Of a stretch of 32,607 bases of DNA, positions 17,060-26,755 are shown one piece after another. Origin of the DNA: a virus. Its lineage: Duplodnaviria > Caudoviricetes. The stretch spans positions 1-32,607 of IMG/VR virus record IMGVR_UViG_3300032301_000948; one strand, 5' to 3'. A program made the translations under genes and the position numbers. Position 1 is the stretch's first letter; each line of letters begins with the position of its first letter. The notes under the pieces are model-generated. The model did no database searches. It worked only from the letters and a program-made list of their open reading frames with translations, and was not told the origin of the DNA.

Positions 17060-18223
17060 TTACTGGTTAAAGTCGCCGTTGGACATAGACATTCCGAGCT
17101 GCTGCAACAAATCTTGGCGGGGCATCCCGCCAATCACAACTGCGCCCTGGGGCAGCCGACGCCCAGCGGCAACCGACATGTACAGATCCGGGGCCTTCTG
17201 CTGCAACTGGGCCAGGTTGTCGTCGATGTTCATCTGGAGCGCCTGCTTGTGCTCCTTGCGGCCCAGCAGGTTGAGCATGTCCTGACGAGCAGACCGCCGC
17301 AGTTCTTCCTGCGACTCCTGCTCCAGATCAGCGTTCTCGCCAGCAGACTGAACCAACTTTTCAACCAAGGCCCCACCAGCAAGAGCGCTGAGGCCCATGA
17401 GGCCACCGCGCATTCCGCCGATGTTCTTGCCGTACCGCAGCCCAAACCGCACAAGGGGGTTTCGGGCGCTGGGCAGGGGCATCTTAGGCAGTGCGCCCAC
17501 GACCCCACCAACAGCCATGCCCGCGCGGCGACCAGCGCGACCAAGCGTTCCACGCAGTTGCTCTGCGGTTCTTTCGTCCTGACCAGGTCGGCGACGTGCA
17601 GCACCGATCTTTGCCATCTCCTCCAGCCGGTACTTGCGGAACTTCTTGCGCTCCGCGTAGTCCTCCGGAAGCTCGATCTCCTTGCCGCCGATACGCACAA
17701 CCCTCGGCGCGCGGCGCAGGGAACGCGGATCGCTGCGACCCTCGGTATTCGCAACCACCGGATCGCGCATCGTTGCAGCGTCAGCGCGCTGCTCAGGCGT
17801 CATCTCGGGATTCAGCCCCTGGCCTTCGCGATTGGCTTCGCGTGCGCGTCGGCTTGCTTCGATAGCAGCCCTGATCTCCAGCAACTTCTTCTGTTTCTTT
17901 GGATCAACTGGTTGAGATGAAGGGGCCTGCTCTGGCTGATTTGCAGCAACGGGTTTTGCAGGAACCGAAGGAGGAGTTTTGCCTTCAAAGATATTCTTAG
18001 CGTTCTGGTCAACCTTTATTACCTGAACGCCCCCGCCCGGAAGATCAACATACTCATAAAGAGAACTATTCTTTATAAGATCAACGGTTTCGGGCTTTCT
18101 AAATACAACCACCCGACCAGCAGCAAGCTCGTCTTCAACATATTTGAGACCACGAGCAGTTGCTTCTTTTACAACGGAATCCATGTTCCCAAAGAAGCTT
18201 GAAATTCCATAGTCGTCAGCCAC
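17060..18223 (-). CDS. Putative internal virion / ejection protein
   Basis: Arg/Gly-rich with hydrophobic Gly-zipper segments (GMAVGGVVGAL, GGLMGLSALAGGAL) and a coiled coil. Confidence 0.55.
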   Translation of the reverse strand: MADDYGISSFFGNMDSVVKEATARGLKYVEDELAAGRVVVFRKPETVDLIKNSSLYEYVDLPGGGVQVIKVDQNAKNIFEGKTPPSVPAKPVAANQPEQAPSSQPVDPKKQKKLLEIRAAIEASRRAREANREGQGLNPEMTPEQRADAATMRDPVVANTEGRSDPRSLRRAPRVVRIGGKEIELPEDYAERKKFRKYRLEEMAKIGAARRRPGQDERTAEQLRGTLGRAGRRAGMAVGGVVGALPKMPLPSARNPLVRFGLRYGKNIGGMRGGLMGLSALAGGALVEKLVQSAGENADLEQESQEELRRSARQDMLNLLGRKEHKQALQMNIDDNLAQLQQKAPDLYMSVAAGRRLPQGAVVIGGMPRQDLLQQLGMSMSNGDFNQ

Positions 18224-18983
18224 CGATGATGTCCATGATCTCGTAGGGCGTCAGCTGACGCGGTGACTGGAGAGAACGAAGGCGGGCTTCCTGACCTGCA
18301 AGCAGGCCAGCAAGTTCATCCGAACTCGAAGACCGGTTGATGGAACGCAGGGCGCGGTTGCGCTTGTTGGCAAACGCAAGATCCGCCAGCGAATCACCCT
18401 CAGCCTCCTTCAGCGAGTACATGCTGGGCTCGTCAGGCGCTGCGCCAAGGTTAGCCATGCCGCCCATTGCACCGGCGTTACCAGCACCGGCCATTTGCTC
18501 CTGCTCAATCTTGGCCTGCAACTTGTACTGATCGCGCATCTGCTGTTCGCGGTCGCCGTAAATCAACCGTTCCATGACGGGATATGCCAGCGTACCAATG
18601 ATAAGACCGGGAAGCCCAATACTGCTAAGGGCTCCTCGAATCAGACCCTTCTTTGCAACCTCGCCAGCGGCACCAGCAGCAACCTTCTTGGCAACCTTCT
18701 GTGCGCCCTTCTTGGCAACCTTCTTTGCGCCCTTCTTGGCAACCTTCTTTGCAGACCCACCAGCGGAAGCCTTGCGCACTTTGCGCATCGATTCAGCGGT
18801 CGAGTCGTAGGTGGATGTCATGTCGGGATATGGATCCACTGGGGGTATTCCTTCAATAAGAGATGAAAGCTTTACTGATGATCTTGGTTGAACTGGTTGT
18901 GGTTTTCTAAGAGTTTGATTTGCTTCAGCAACAGCAGTATCAAGCCATTCGTCTAAGTCACGCCGATCATCTATCGTGGCCAT
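18216..18983 (-). CDS. Putative internal virion protein with a Lys/Ala histone-H1-like repeat
   Basis: AKKVAKKG repeats, then hydrophobic helix IGLPGLIIGTLAYP, then a Gln-rich coil. Confidence 0.6.
   Translation of the reverse strand: MATIDDRRDLDEWLDTAVAEANQTLRKPQPVQPRSSVKLSSLIEGIPPVDPYPDMTSTYDSTAESMRKVRKASAGGSAKKVAKKGAKKVAKKGAQKVAKKVAAGAAGEVAKKGLIRGALSSIGLPGLIIGTLAYPVMERLIYGDREQQMRDQYKLQAKIEQEQMAGAGNAGAMGGMANLGAAPDEPSMYSLKEAEGDSLADLAFANKRNRALRSINRSSSSDELAGLLAGQEARLRSLQSPRQLTPYEIMDIIGG
18679..18752 (-). repeat. 12/24-bp tandem coding repeat (AKKV/AKKG)
   Basis: GCAACCTTCTT and GCGCCCTTCTTG units repeated, encoding AKKVAKKGAKKVAKKGAQKVAKKVA. Confidence 0.9.
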
Positions 18984-19330
18984 TAGTGGAACTCCACGGT
19001 ATCAGATGGGTTCAGGATAGACGACATTTCTGCCGGCACAAGTACCCCTACCGTGCAGTTCCAAGTGTTTCCGTTCCGATGGATAAGGAACGCCGGGTTC
19101 CGCTTTAACCACACCGAATCATGCCTCAATCCCCACAGCCAGCCACGGACGGCTTTCTGAGGGGGATTCATGGCAACCCACCGGCGGGTGGGGGTTCCGC
19201 AGTCGTAGAACAGGACGCCCTCCTCTGCTCCCCACTCCAGCACGTCCTCGGCATCCGGCGTCACCACCGCCACGCCCACCTGCTGGACGCTGTCAAAGGC
19301 AAGGCGGACGGCTTCCTTCCATCGGTTCAA
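18983..19330 (-). CDS. Hypothetical Trp-rich protein
   Basis: 115 aa filling the gap exactly, with TTGA/ATGA-type and TAATG coupling on either side. Confidence 0.6.
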   Translation of the reverse strand: MNRWKEAVRLAFDSVQQVGVAVVTPDAEDVLEWGAEEGVLFYDCGTPTRRWVAMNPPQKAVRGWLWGLRHDSVWLKRNPAFLIHRNGNTWNCTVGVLVPAEMSSILNPSDTVEFH

Positions 19331-20931
19331 CGCATGTTCCTGAGCGCGTTCAACAGGGCGTCAATGTCGGTGCTGGAATCTTCCTTGTACCGCCGCTCAA
19401 GCTCAGCAATACCAAGGGCATTCTTGTCCTGCTGGGAAACAAGAGAACCAAGGTTGCGGCGAACCTGACCAAGCGGGTCGGCACCCAAACCTTCGAGTTC
19501 ACCAAGGCGAGTGTCGGAACGAATGGCCTCCCTCAAGTCATCGTCCTCTCGACCAGCAAAACCAAGACCAACAAAGTTGGCAAGTTCATCACGATTAACC
19601 CTGCCGCTTCCGCTTGCCGCAGCCTGCAAATAGTTGATTGCCGAATCCAGTTCGCTGAGTTCAAACCTAGGAAGATGAGATGCAGAAACACGCGCCTTGG
19701 TAGCAGCAGCGTCAAGCATCTTGTAGGTCGCATCAAGCGCCATGTACTTGGCAGATCCAGGAGGCGCAGCATCGCGCTGCTCGCGAATCATCTGCTTGTT
19801 GAACGACGACTTGTCGGTACCGTCCATCGCGTCGGCAAAGTGATTGAGCGCAGACCGCATGACCTCAGGAGACACGCCTGCCTGTTGCATCATGTCAAGC
19901 AGAACAGCCTGGTCACCGGGCTCATCTCCACCCTTGATGATGCGGTCAATGGTCTGGCGAATCTGCTCAGACGGGACGTTGCCACCAGTCTGCTCGGCAA
20001 TTGCACGAGCAACATTGATGGCTAGCAAGTCCTGCGACCTGCGATTGACGGCATTGTCATCAATCTTGAGCGCGTACTCAGCATCGCTTTCCGTGTCGGA
20101 AAGCCCGCCAGTCAAGCGGTTCAACGTTCTTCCATAAGTTCTGGCTGCGCGCTCAATGGAAGCCGGATTTGTTGGATCCTGAAACATATCGCCAGCAGAT
20201 TCATCCATTGCAATCAAGTCGTAACCAGGAGCGTCTTCGATGCTCAGCGGTCCAGTTGAAAAGACGCCCAAGAAAGGCTTATCTTCATAGAGCTTTGCAA
20301 TCGTTTTCTTGCCTTCCTTGCTCGCGTTGAGGACGTCTTCATAGAAACGCGTCAACGCAGAGTTTGCCGAGCGCTGGCCAATCAGGGTCTCCTGCTCCTT
20401 GACCTTCATCTGATTGGTGCGAAACTCGGTGAACTTAGCAATGTTGTCGGTCAACGCTTCCTTGCCGCGCGTTTGAAGGACCGTGTAAGCAGCTATCTTG
20501 CCGTTGTCGTCCGCGGCATTCTGGCGCATCTTCAGGATCTGCGGAGCCAACTGCTCACGACGAACGGCGCCAGCCTTGGCAAACTCAAGTTCCGCAAGCT
20601 TCAGTGCCTTCTGGTTTTCAAGAGCTTTGTTCTGAAGATCCTGCTGGAAGCGCTGGCTGTCCTGCTGCATCTTCATCTCATGCGCACGACGTTCCTTGTT
20701 CTCGGCAACCTGCGCGCCAAACTGCTCGCGCTGCATGTTCATGCCGCCGTAGAACTGCTCCATGTCTTCGCCAGCACGCCGCTCGTCCGCAGCCATTCCC
20801 TGCTGGGCAAGCTGGCGCTGCTGCTGAAGACCGGCATAGCCAAGCGCCTGGTTGGGCTGCTGCGCACCGTACATCGCCGAAGCGGACATGGTGTTCTGAC
20901 TAACTGCGCTGGTGGGTTCGTATCCTGCCAT
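19327..20931 (-). CDS. Putative ejection protein (Gln-rich coiled coil)
   Basis: AAGGAG RBS; long Q/E/R/A helical N-terminal half; synteny after the nozzle gene. Confidence 0.6.
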   Translation of the reverse strand: MAGYEPTSAVSQNTMSASAMYGAQQPNQALGYAGLQQQRQLAQQGMAADERRAGEDMEQFYGGMNMQREQFGAQVAENKERRAHEMKMQQDSQRFQQDLQNKALENQKALKLAELEFAKAGAVRREQLAPQILKMRQNAADDNGKIAAYTVLQTRGKEALTDNIAKFTEFRTNQMKVKEQETLIGQRSANSALTRFYEDVLNASKEGKKTIAKLYEDKPFLGVFSTGPLSIEDAPGYDLIAMDESAGDMFQDPTNPASIERAARTYGRTLNRLTGGLSDTESDAEYALKIDDNAVNRRSQDLLAINVARAIAEQTGGNVPSEQIRQTIDRIIKGGDEPGDQAVLLDMMQQAGVSPEVMRSALNHFADAMDGTDKSSFNKQMIREQRDAAPPGSAKYMALDATYKMLDAAATKARVSASHLPRFELSELDSAINYLQAAASGSGRVNRDELANFVGLGFAGREDDDLREAIRSDTRLGELEGLGADPLGQVRRNLGSLVSQQDKNALGIAELERRYKEDSSTDIDALLNALRNMR

Positions 20932-20940
20932 GGCTTCTCC

Positions 20941-22227
20941 TTAAGCAATTCCTCGGAACTGACTGCCAGCCCCAGAACTAAAACTCCCACCAAACGGACG
21001 ACCGGCGGGGCGGGTTCGAGATGCCTGACGCTGGTCCGTGAATCCACGGAAGTTGCCCATGCCCATCATCTGTCCCATGCGGCCCGCAAACTCTCCGGTA
21101 GCACGATCACCAGGACGCATGCCCTGCGCCAACTGTGCGCCGAGGATGGTGTCAACCATGTTAGGCGCACCAAGCGGACGCATCTCGGCCAACTGCGCTC
21201 CAACCATGTTTCCATTGAGACGCGCTTGAATTGCCTGTGCGGTTGCGCTCTGGCCAAGGCTTGCCATGAACTGGTTCTGCGACGCCATCAGGTTGTAACC
21301 AGCCTGCAGCGCCTGCTGGTTCATGCCTGCTGCCTGCATCCCTGCGCTTGAAGACAGCCCAGCACCCTGCATGCCAAGCCCACCAAGGGTTGCGCCCATG
21401 TTGGCCTGCATCTGCGACAGCGCGTTCTTTGCGCCAAGCATTGATTCTGCAGCCTGCGAGTCAGCCTGCGACGCATACATCGACGTCTGCTGGCGCATCG
21501 TGTTGTCGAGGTTGCGAAGCTCGGCCTGCTTGTCCTCGGGGCTCAGATTCGGGTTGGAGTTAATCTGTTCGCGCGCCGACTGGAATTGGCTTTGAATGGC
21601 ATTAACCCCTCCAGAGACGGTGTCTTTCCGAAAGAAGTCGTGGTCCCCGATCGCACCCATCATCGTATCGACGCCCTTCTGCATCTCGCCCTTAGCGAGA
21701 GCCATGGTCTTGCCAACGTCGCCACGAGTCTGGCGGTATACGTTGGTAGCGTCCTTGCCCTGATTGATAAGGGCTTCGAGGCCCTGTCTTCCAATCTGCA
21801 TCCCCTGCTGACCAGCCATTTGGGCCTGCTGCATTCCCTGCTGACCAAGCGCGTCGACGCCGCGCAGGTTCTGCATGTACGCCTCCAGAGTCTGGCGCTG
21901 CTGCTCGCGGGCGCGCGCCTGATTCTCGTAGTCGGCCATGTGCGCTTCGGCAACAAAGTCACCCGAGTGCACCCCACCAGTAGGAAGAGTGTTTCTGGAA
22001 CCACGACCGTACTGACCGGACGGCCTATTTGGTGCAGTTGATGGAACGTGCTGGTTGAACTGGTTGGACGGCCTATAGGGTGGAGTGGATGAACCCCTCT
22101 GCTGCTGCTGCATGCGAGAGAAGTAATCATCGCCAGACATTGGCTGGCCGAAGTCGTTGTCCTTTGGCTGTCTGTTCTGGAGTTGCCGCTGCCGCTCAGG
22201 GCTGATAAATGAAGGGTAGTTAGGCAT
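20941..22227 (-). CDS. Putative DNA pilot / ejection protein (Gln/Gly/Met/Ala-rich)
   Basis: Low-complexity helical composition; likely start MPNYPSF at 22227 overlapping the nozzle stop. Confidence 0.6.
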   Translation of the reverse strand: MPNYPSFISPERQRQLQNRQPKDNDFGQPMSGDDYFSRMQQQQRGSSTPPYRPSNQFNQHVPSTAPNRPSGQYGRGSRNTLPTGGVHSGDFVAEAHMADYENQARAREQQRQTLEAYMQNLRGVDALGQQGMQQAQMAGQQGMQIGRQGLEALINQGKDATNVYRQTRGDVGKTMALAKGEMQKGVDTMMGAIGDHDFFRKDTVSGGVNAIQSQFQSAREQINSNPNLSPEDKQAELRNLDNTMRQQTSMYASQADSQAAESMLGAKNALSQMQANMGATLGGLGMQGAGLSSSAGMQAAGMNQQALQAGYNLMASQNQFMASLGQSATAQAIQARLNGNMVGAQLAEMRPLGAPNMVDTILGAQLAQGMRPGDRATGEFAGRMGQMMGMGNFRGFTDQRQASRTRPAGRPFGGSFSSGAGSQFRGIA

Positions 22228-24934
22228 AGGAATTCTTGCTTCTCTCGCTGTCAAGGATACGGCCCTTCACGCTCAAAGCAAGGAGCCTGAACGTCTGGCC
22301 GACCACAAACGCCACAAATTCGACGCTCCACTGGGGGCCTATTACCATCGACGACGCGGTTCCAGTCGTCTTCGTCTGGTTCCACGACGCGTGGACCGGC
22401 GTCTGCCCGTCAACGATGGTCTTGTACGTGTCATTGGTCGACGGGTTGTAGGCATACCCCTTCAGGTACGCCGTGTCACCCTCCCCCTTGTACAGGTTTG
22501 CAAACCACCTCGAGAACTGGTTGTACCCAGTAGCCGAGTCCACGGCGTTGGAGTACTGGTACCCGCTGAACATGGCGCCCATAGACGACACCTGGCGGGA
22601 CAACATGAACCCGGTCGCATCCTGCCCACCAGGGAGGATGGCAGTCTGGACCTTCATCACCACCGGATTGATTGCCACAAGCACATCAATTGAAGTTGGA
22701 AATATCTCAGCCCCAGGATCTATGTCAGGCGTCACCTCGTCTGCAACCAAGACAGCAACAACCTTTACTTTGCCGCCAGCTGCAGCTTCCAAAGAAACAA
22801 TCTTGAACGTGTACTGGTAGTACGTTGCGTCTGCAAAAGAAGTTGACCGGGAAACCGTGTCTCCCACAATCTTCAGATACGCACCAATAATTGTCCAGTC
22901 TGGAGTCCAGCCATTGGAACGTGCGTTCCACTCAACAACCACAGACTTGGGAACCGCACCAGTATTGTCGATCATCGTTGCTGAAACGCAACGGTCGCAG
23001 TTTCCGTCAATGAGCCCGTAGTGCACGCCCTCAAATAGGTTGCTGCCGCTGGGCACTCGCACCCGATCGAGTCCCGTCTTTGCGGGATGCATCAAGCGCG
23101 CGCGGAAACCAGTGGTGTTGGCGTTATGCTCAATGTCCGTAGGGGACAGAAGGAACAAAGCCGTGTCCTCAAGTGCCCCACCAACCGAGCGGGGATACAG
23201 CGCGCGGGTGCACTTGGTGAACGGCATCTGGTGCAGCTCGCTAACGGTGCCGCTGGCAAACCACAGGCACGCAGCCTTGCCCTTCACAGGGTTCAGGAAG
23301 TACAGGGCCGTAGTGCGCGGATCAAACGCCAAGGACACGCGCTCCAAGTCATCCGCCCAGTCCTGGGAGATCAGCCAGTCCATTGCGCCAACCTCATCCA
23401 GCCGTCCGTCCGGATACAGGACGCGCACACCCTGGTGGGTCACGTAATAGATCATCGGACCAATGCTCGACGCCCCGTACGGGCCAACCACGCCATACCC
23501 CGAGTGGGCCGTCATTACACGCACAAATGCGCCATCACGCATGATGAAGTAGATCTGGTTTCCAGAGAACCCGGCCAGCAACTGACCGGCCTGCTGGAAC
23601 GCAATCGGCGTGTCGCCAAACAGATCCGGTGTCCAACGACCCTTCGGTGCAAACAACTCGTACGACCCATCAGACGCACTCGACCAGCGGATCTCACCTA
23701 CGGACTTCATCTGGTCATCGGTACCAGCAGCCTGCCCCTGGATGTTCGACACATACAGCTGGCTCTGGAACGCAGCGGCTGCACCACCAAACGGAACGCT
23801 GTCAAGGAACGCAGGCTTGTCCTGGAACGTGTCCTGCATCACCAACTGACGGTCGTCCTTCTGAACCGCGTAACCCCACTTCTTCACCGTAGCCGCAAGT
23901 GCAGGACTCCAAATGGGTCCGGTTGTTGTGATCTCGTACGCAGAAGCAAGGAACGTGGCCTCGAGCTGAAGGATGCCGTTCGTAAAGACGCCAGCCGCAT
24001 TGGTAGTGCGAACGCTGCGCCAGATCTTCACCGTGTCGTACTTCGCCGTGTCCACAATGCCAACAACCGTGAACTTGCGGTTTGCACCAGTAAACGTCAC
24101 GGCTGCGCTATCGCTCAACTGCGAACGGCGACCAGTATTCGAGTCCTCAAACTGCACAGCAAACGAGTAGTCACCAGCCTTCTGAGACGTTGCGGTTGTC
24201 CACCTAGCAGAAGTATCCGACCAGTAGTTTGCGGCGTAAGGGTTTGTAGTGCTGCTATACACGACAAATGATCCAACGGTTCCACCAGAAGGATTTGGCA
24301 GAAGAGTCGTGGTTGGCTCATACGGAGTAGCAGAAACAACGTTTGTTGAAAACCACGTGCCAAGAGGCTTGGATCCTGGACCAGCGGACACGATGTTCAG
24401 CGCAGCAACGCTGTCAGTCCAGCTGATTGCCTTGGGCGCCATACCGCGAATAAAGACGTAAACGACACGCGAGGTCGGCACCACGTTGATTGCGTAGTCG
24501 CCGGTTGACACACCCAACAAAGCGTTGTTCTCGACGAGTACGCGCTGGAAGTACGCGGACGTATCCGTGCGGTAGCCCTCGATGATAAGGTCGCGAGTTG
24601 TTGAACTAGGCCGCTGGGCCAAGTACACCACGCCGTAGCAGTACTTGCTCGAGCCAATGCGCGCCGTAAACGTCCAGAAGTCTAGAACAATTGCTCGGTG
24701 GGGATTCGTGGCGTACGGATTGGTGTTGCTGTTTCCCGGGAAATCAGAGCCAGCAAGGTTCTCGTACCGAAACACCCACGACTCACGGAACCCCGGATAC
24801 GGGACCGATGCGCCCTGGTTCGTGCCGTCGACCCCCACCAACTCCCAGATGGGGCTGGTGACAGCGCCGCCCTTCCAGACGTCTTTGCTCTGGGAGGCAG
24901 CACTGAGGGGGAGGGGCCAGGTGATGTCCTGCAT
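22220..24934 (-). CDS. Tail nozzle / tubular protein B-like stabilisation protein
   Basis: 904 aa, beta-rich; propeller-like segment (LYVSN..IRWS..YGVVGP..SIGPMIYYV); YSFAVQFEDSNTGRRSQLS motif; position before the ejection genes. Confidence 0.65.
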   Translation of the reverse strand: MQDITWPLPLSAASQSKDVWKGGAVTSPIWELVGVDGTNQGASVPYPGFRESWVFRYENLAGSDFPGNSNTNPYATNPHRAIVLDFWTFTARIGSSKYCYGVVYLAQRPSSTTRDLIIEGYRTDTSAYFQRVLVENNALLGVSTGDYAINVVPTSRVVYVFIRGMAPKAISWTDSVAALNIVSAGPGSKPLGTWFSTNVVSATPYEPTTTLLPNPSGGTVGSFVVYSSTTNPYAANYWSDTSARWTTATSQKAGDYSFAVQFEDSNTGRRSQLSDSAAVTFTGANRKFTVVGIVDTAKYDTVKIWRSVRTTNAAGVFTNGILQLEATFLASAYEITTTGPIWSPALAATVKKWGYAVQKDDRQLVMQDTFQDKPAFLDSVPFGGAAAAFQSQLYVSNIQGQAAGTDDQMKSVGEIRWSSASDGSYELFAPKGRWTPDLFGDTPIAFQQAGQLLAGFSGNQIYFIMRDGAFVRVMTAHSGYGVVGPYGASSIGPMIYYVTHQGVRVLYPDGRLDEVGAMDWLISQDWADDLERVSLAFDPRTTALYFLNPVKGKAACLWFASGTVSELHQMPFTKCTRALYPRSVGGALEDTALFLLSPTDIEHNANTTGFRARLMHPAKTGLDRVRVPSGSNLFEGVHYGLIDGNCDRCVSATMIDNTGAVPKSVVVEWNARSNGWTPDWTIIGAYLKIVGDTVSRSTSFADATYYQYTFKIVSLEAAAGGKVKVVAVLVADEVTPDIDPGAEIFPTSIDVLVAINPVVMKVQTAILPGGQDATGFMLSRQVSSMGAMFSGYQYSNAVDSATGYNQFSRWFANLYKGEGDTAYLKGYAYNPSTNDTYKTIVDGQTPVHASWNQTKTTGTASSMVIGPQWSVEFVAFVVGQTFRLLALSVKGRILDSERSKNSYA

Positions 24935-24944
24935 CGGTCACATT

Positions 24945-25349
24945 CTACGGTACAACCGGCCATTTCCCCTTCGGACAAGTGGCAGCAGGCATCTTTCCTT
25001 TGATTGTCAGTTCTGCCCTGGCGGTCTCCCCGCACCCGCACGCCTTGCAGAACCCCACCTGCGGATCCTCTCGGGGATTCAAGAACTCACACGCCCGGCA
25101 GGTCGCCAGCCGCGCCTCGTACTGCCCCTCGGCCAGCTCCTGCGTGTACTTGCTGACCTCGGCCTTGACCCACGACGCCGCCTTCCGCAGCATCTTGGCA
25201 GGTGGGGTCTTCTTTCGCTCGACCCGCAGGGCGCACGTCGCGCACCCAGCCACGTCCAACCCCTTGTGGCAGAACGGCTGGTCGACATCCAAGGACCACG
25301 ACTGGCAGTCCACGCTCTCGATGATCTTGCCGTTGATGCTGATTCTCAT
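24945..25349 (-). CDS. Small Cys-rich metal-binding protein (DUF6171-like)
   Basis: 10 Cys in 134 aa: CATC, RLATCRAC, CKACGC, K.KM..ATCPKGKW; ATGA-coupled start at 25349. Confidence 0.7.
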   Translation of the reverse strand: MRISINGKIIESVDCQSWSLDVDQPFCHKGLDVAGCATCALRVERKKTPPAKMLRKAASWVKAEVSKYTQELAEGQYEARLATCRACEFLNPREDPQVGFCKACGCGETARAELTIKGKMPAATCPKGKWPVVP

Positions 25350-26755
25350 GACATGTTGGGTGGTGGGCAGCAAGCAGGATTGGAAGCACCTAGTTCATCA
25401 ATCATGCTGAATGAATTTCCAGACAACGAAACGGCATACTCAATTGCAGGACCGGTACCGTCAAAGAAATTGGTTGACATGTACTGGCCGCCATTTCTTC
25501 CAAAAGCGCTTCCTGTGCAACGGCAACCATTAACCGGATCATTAAAACTATAGTTGCCCGAAGTAAGGCTTGAAAGAAATGTGTAGGTGAACTGCGGCGT
25601 TGCAAACCAAGTAGCAATCAATCCACCACTTGAGTAAAAAGGTCCATCCCATAGATACGGACCATCAATGCAATTGCTGCAAGTGGTTGGTGGAATGGTT
25701 GGGCACGCAGATCCTATCCACGAATTATTTCCAGCAGCAGCAAACGTAGTCGATCCAGTTTGGGATGCTTGTCCAAGAACACTATTGATCTTACTGGCAA
25801 GCGTTGACGACTTGCATCCGGGACCTTCAAGCCTAAAGATGCAACCATCAATTTGAAGGGTGTTGCCGCCATTCCATGCGTTTCCAGCTCCATCTTGAGC
25901 CCAGCCAGTTCCGTCACCAAACGGATACGCGCAGCTGCGCGTGATCGAAAACGCAAACGAGCTTGTTCGATTTTCAGGAGCAATCTGCTGAATGCTGCAC
26001 GAAAAAGTACCACGAACAATACATGACGGATTGCTACCGCAGGGGTCTGTTGGGAAAAGAAGATTGCAGTTATTTGGCGCAGCAATCTGATTGCTGTAAT
26101 TCATGCTCGTTGGGGCACTAACAGGGTTAAATGTAACGCAATCAGTACATGGTGCCTGATCTGGGGTGCACTGGGTTGGAACACCATAAAACGTCGACGG
26201 GAACTCACCAAGGTTCCACTGGGTAGTAATCGTTCCAATCTTCTTTACGCATGGATCTGGAAATGCAGGATTGCAAGGATCATCAATTCCACCTTTGCAA
26301 AATGCATCAGTCCACACATAAGTCAGCGTGATGTCGCTGCCGCAGGCAATACCGCCAATCCACTCATCTGGTCCAAAGTTGTAGCCAACATTCTGAATGT
26401 CAGGACACAACGTGTTGCAGTTCTGGCCCACCGGCTTGTCATAGATCCCCTCAAGCGTGCCGATGTTGCGAGTAGACGTCGGCGTTTCGTCGCATGAGGA
26501 TACAAAAGTGAAGTCGTTCACCACATACAAGCAACCGCCAAGCGACATGATGTAACACTTCAAAGGATCCAGCGCATCCGGCAGGCCAATTGTCTCTCGG
26601 TACGAATCACAGAACGTGATCGTCGGGATGCAGGTTGCAACCGCGCCAGCGCACGTGAATACGCAGGAACCAGAAACCGTGCACACGGAAGCAGTCCACT
26701 GCTTTACTTTCCCACCGGCGCAGCAGCACTTCCTCCGGACAAGCAAGTTCATCAT
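25346..26755 (-). CDS. Cys-rich protein, candidate receptor-binding or tail tip protein
   Basis: About 34 Cys in 469 aa; N-terminal RRKCCC; rich in Thr, Ser, Gly, Pro and aromatics; no signal peptide; AT-rich distal part. Confidence 0.65.
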   Translation of the reverse strand: MMNLLVRRKCCCAGGKVKQWTASVCTVSGSCVFTCAGAVATCIPTITFCDSYRETIGLPDALDPLKCYIMSLGGCLYVVNDFTFVSSCDETPTSTRNIGTLEGIYDKPVGQNCNTLCPDIQNVGYNFGPDEWIGGIACGSDITLTYVWTDAFCKGGIDDPCNPAFPDPCVKKIGTITTQWNLGEFPSTFYGVPTQCTPDQAPCTDCVTFNPVSAPTSMNYSNQIAAPNNCNLLFPTDPCGSNPSCIVRGTFSCSIQQIAPENRTSSFAFSITRSCAYPFGDGTGWAQDGAGNAWNGGNTLQIDGCIFRLEGPGCKSSTLASKINSVLGQASQTGSTTFAAAGNNSWIGSACPTIPPTTCSNCIDGPYLWDGPFYSSGGLIATWFATPQFTYTFLSSLTSGNYSFNDPVNGCRCTGSAFGRNGGQYMSTNFFDGTGPAIEYAVSLSGNSFSMIDELGASNPACCPPPNMS

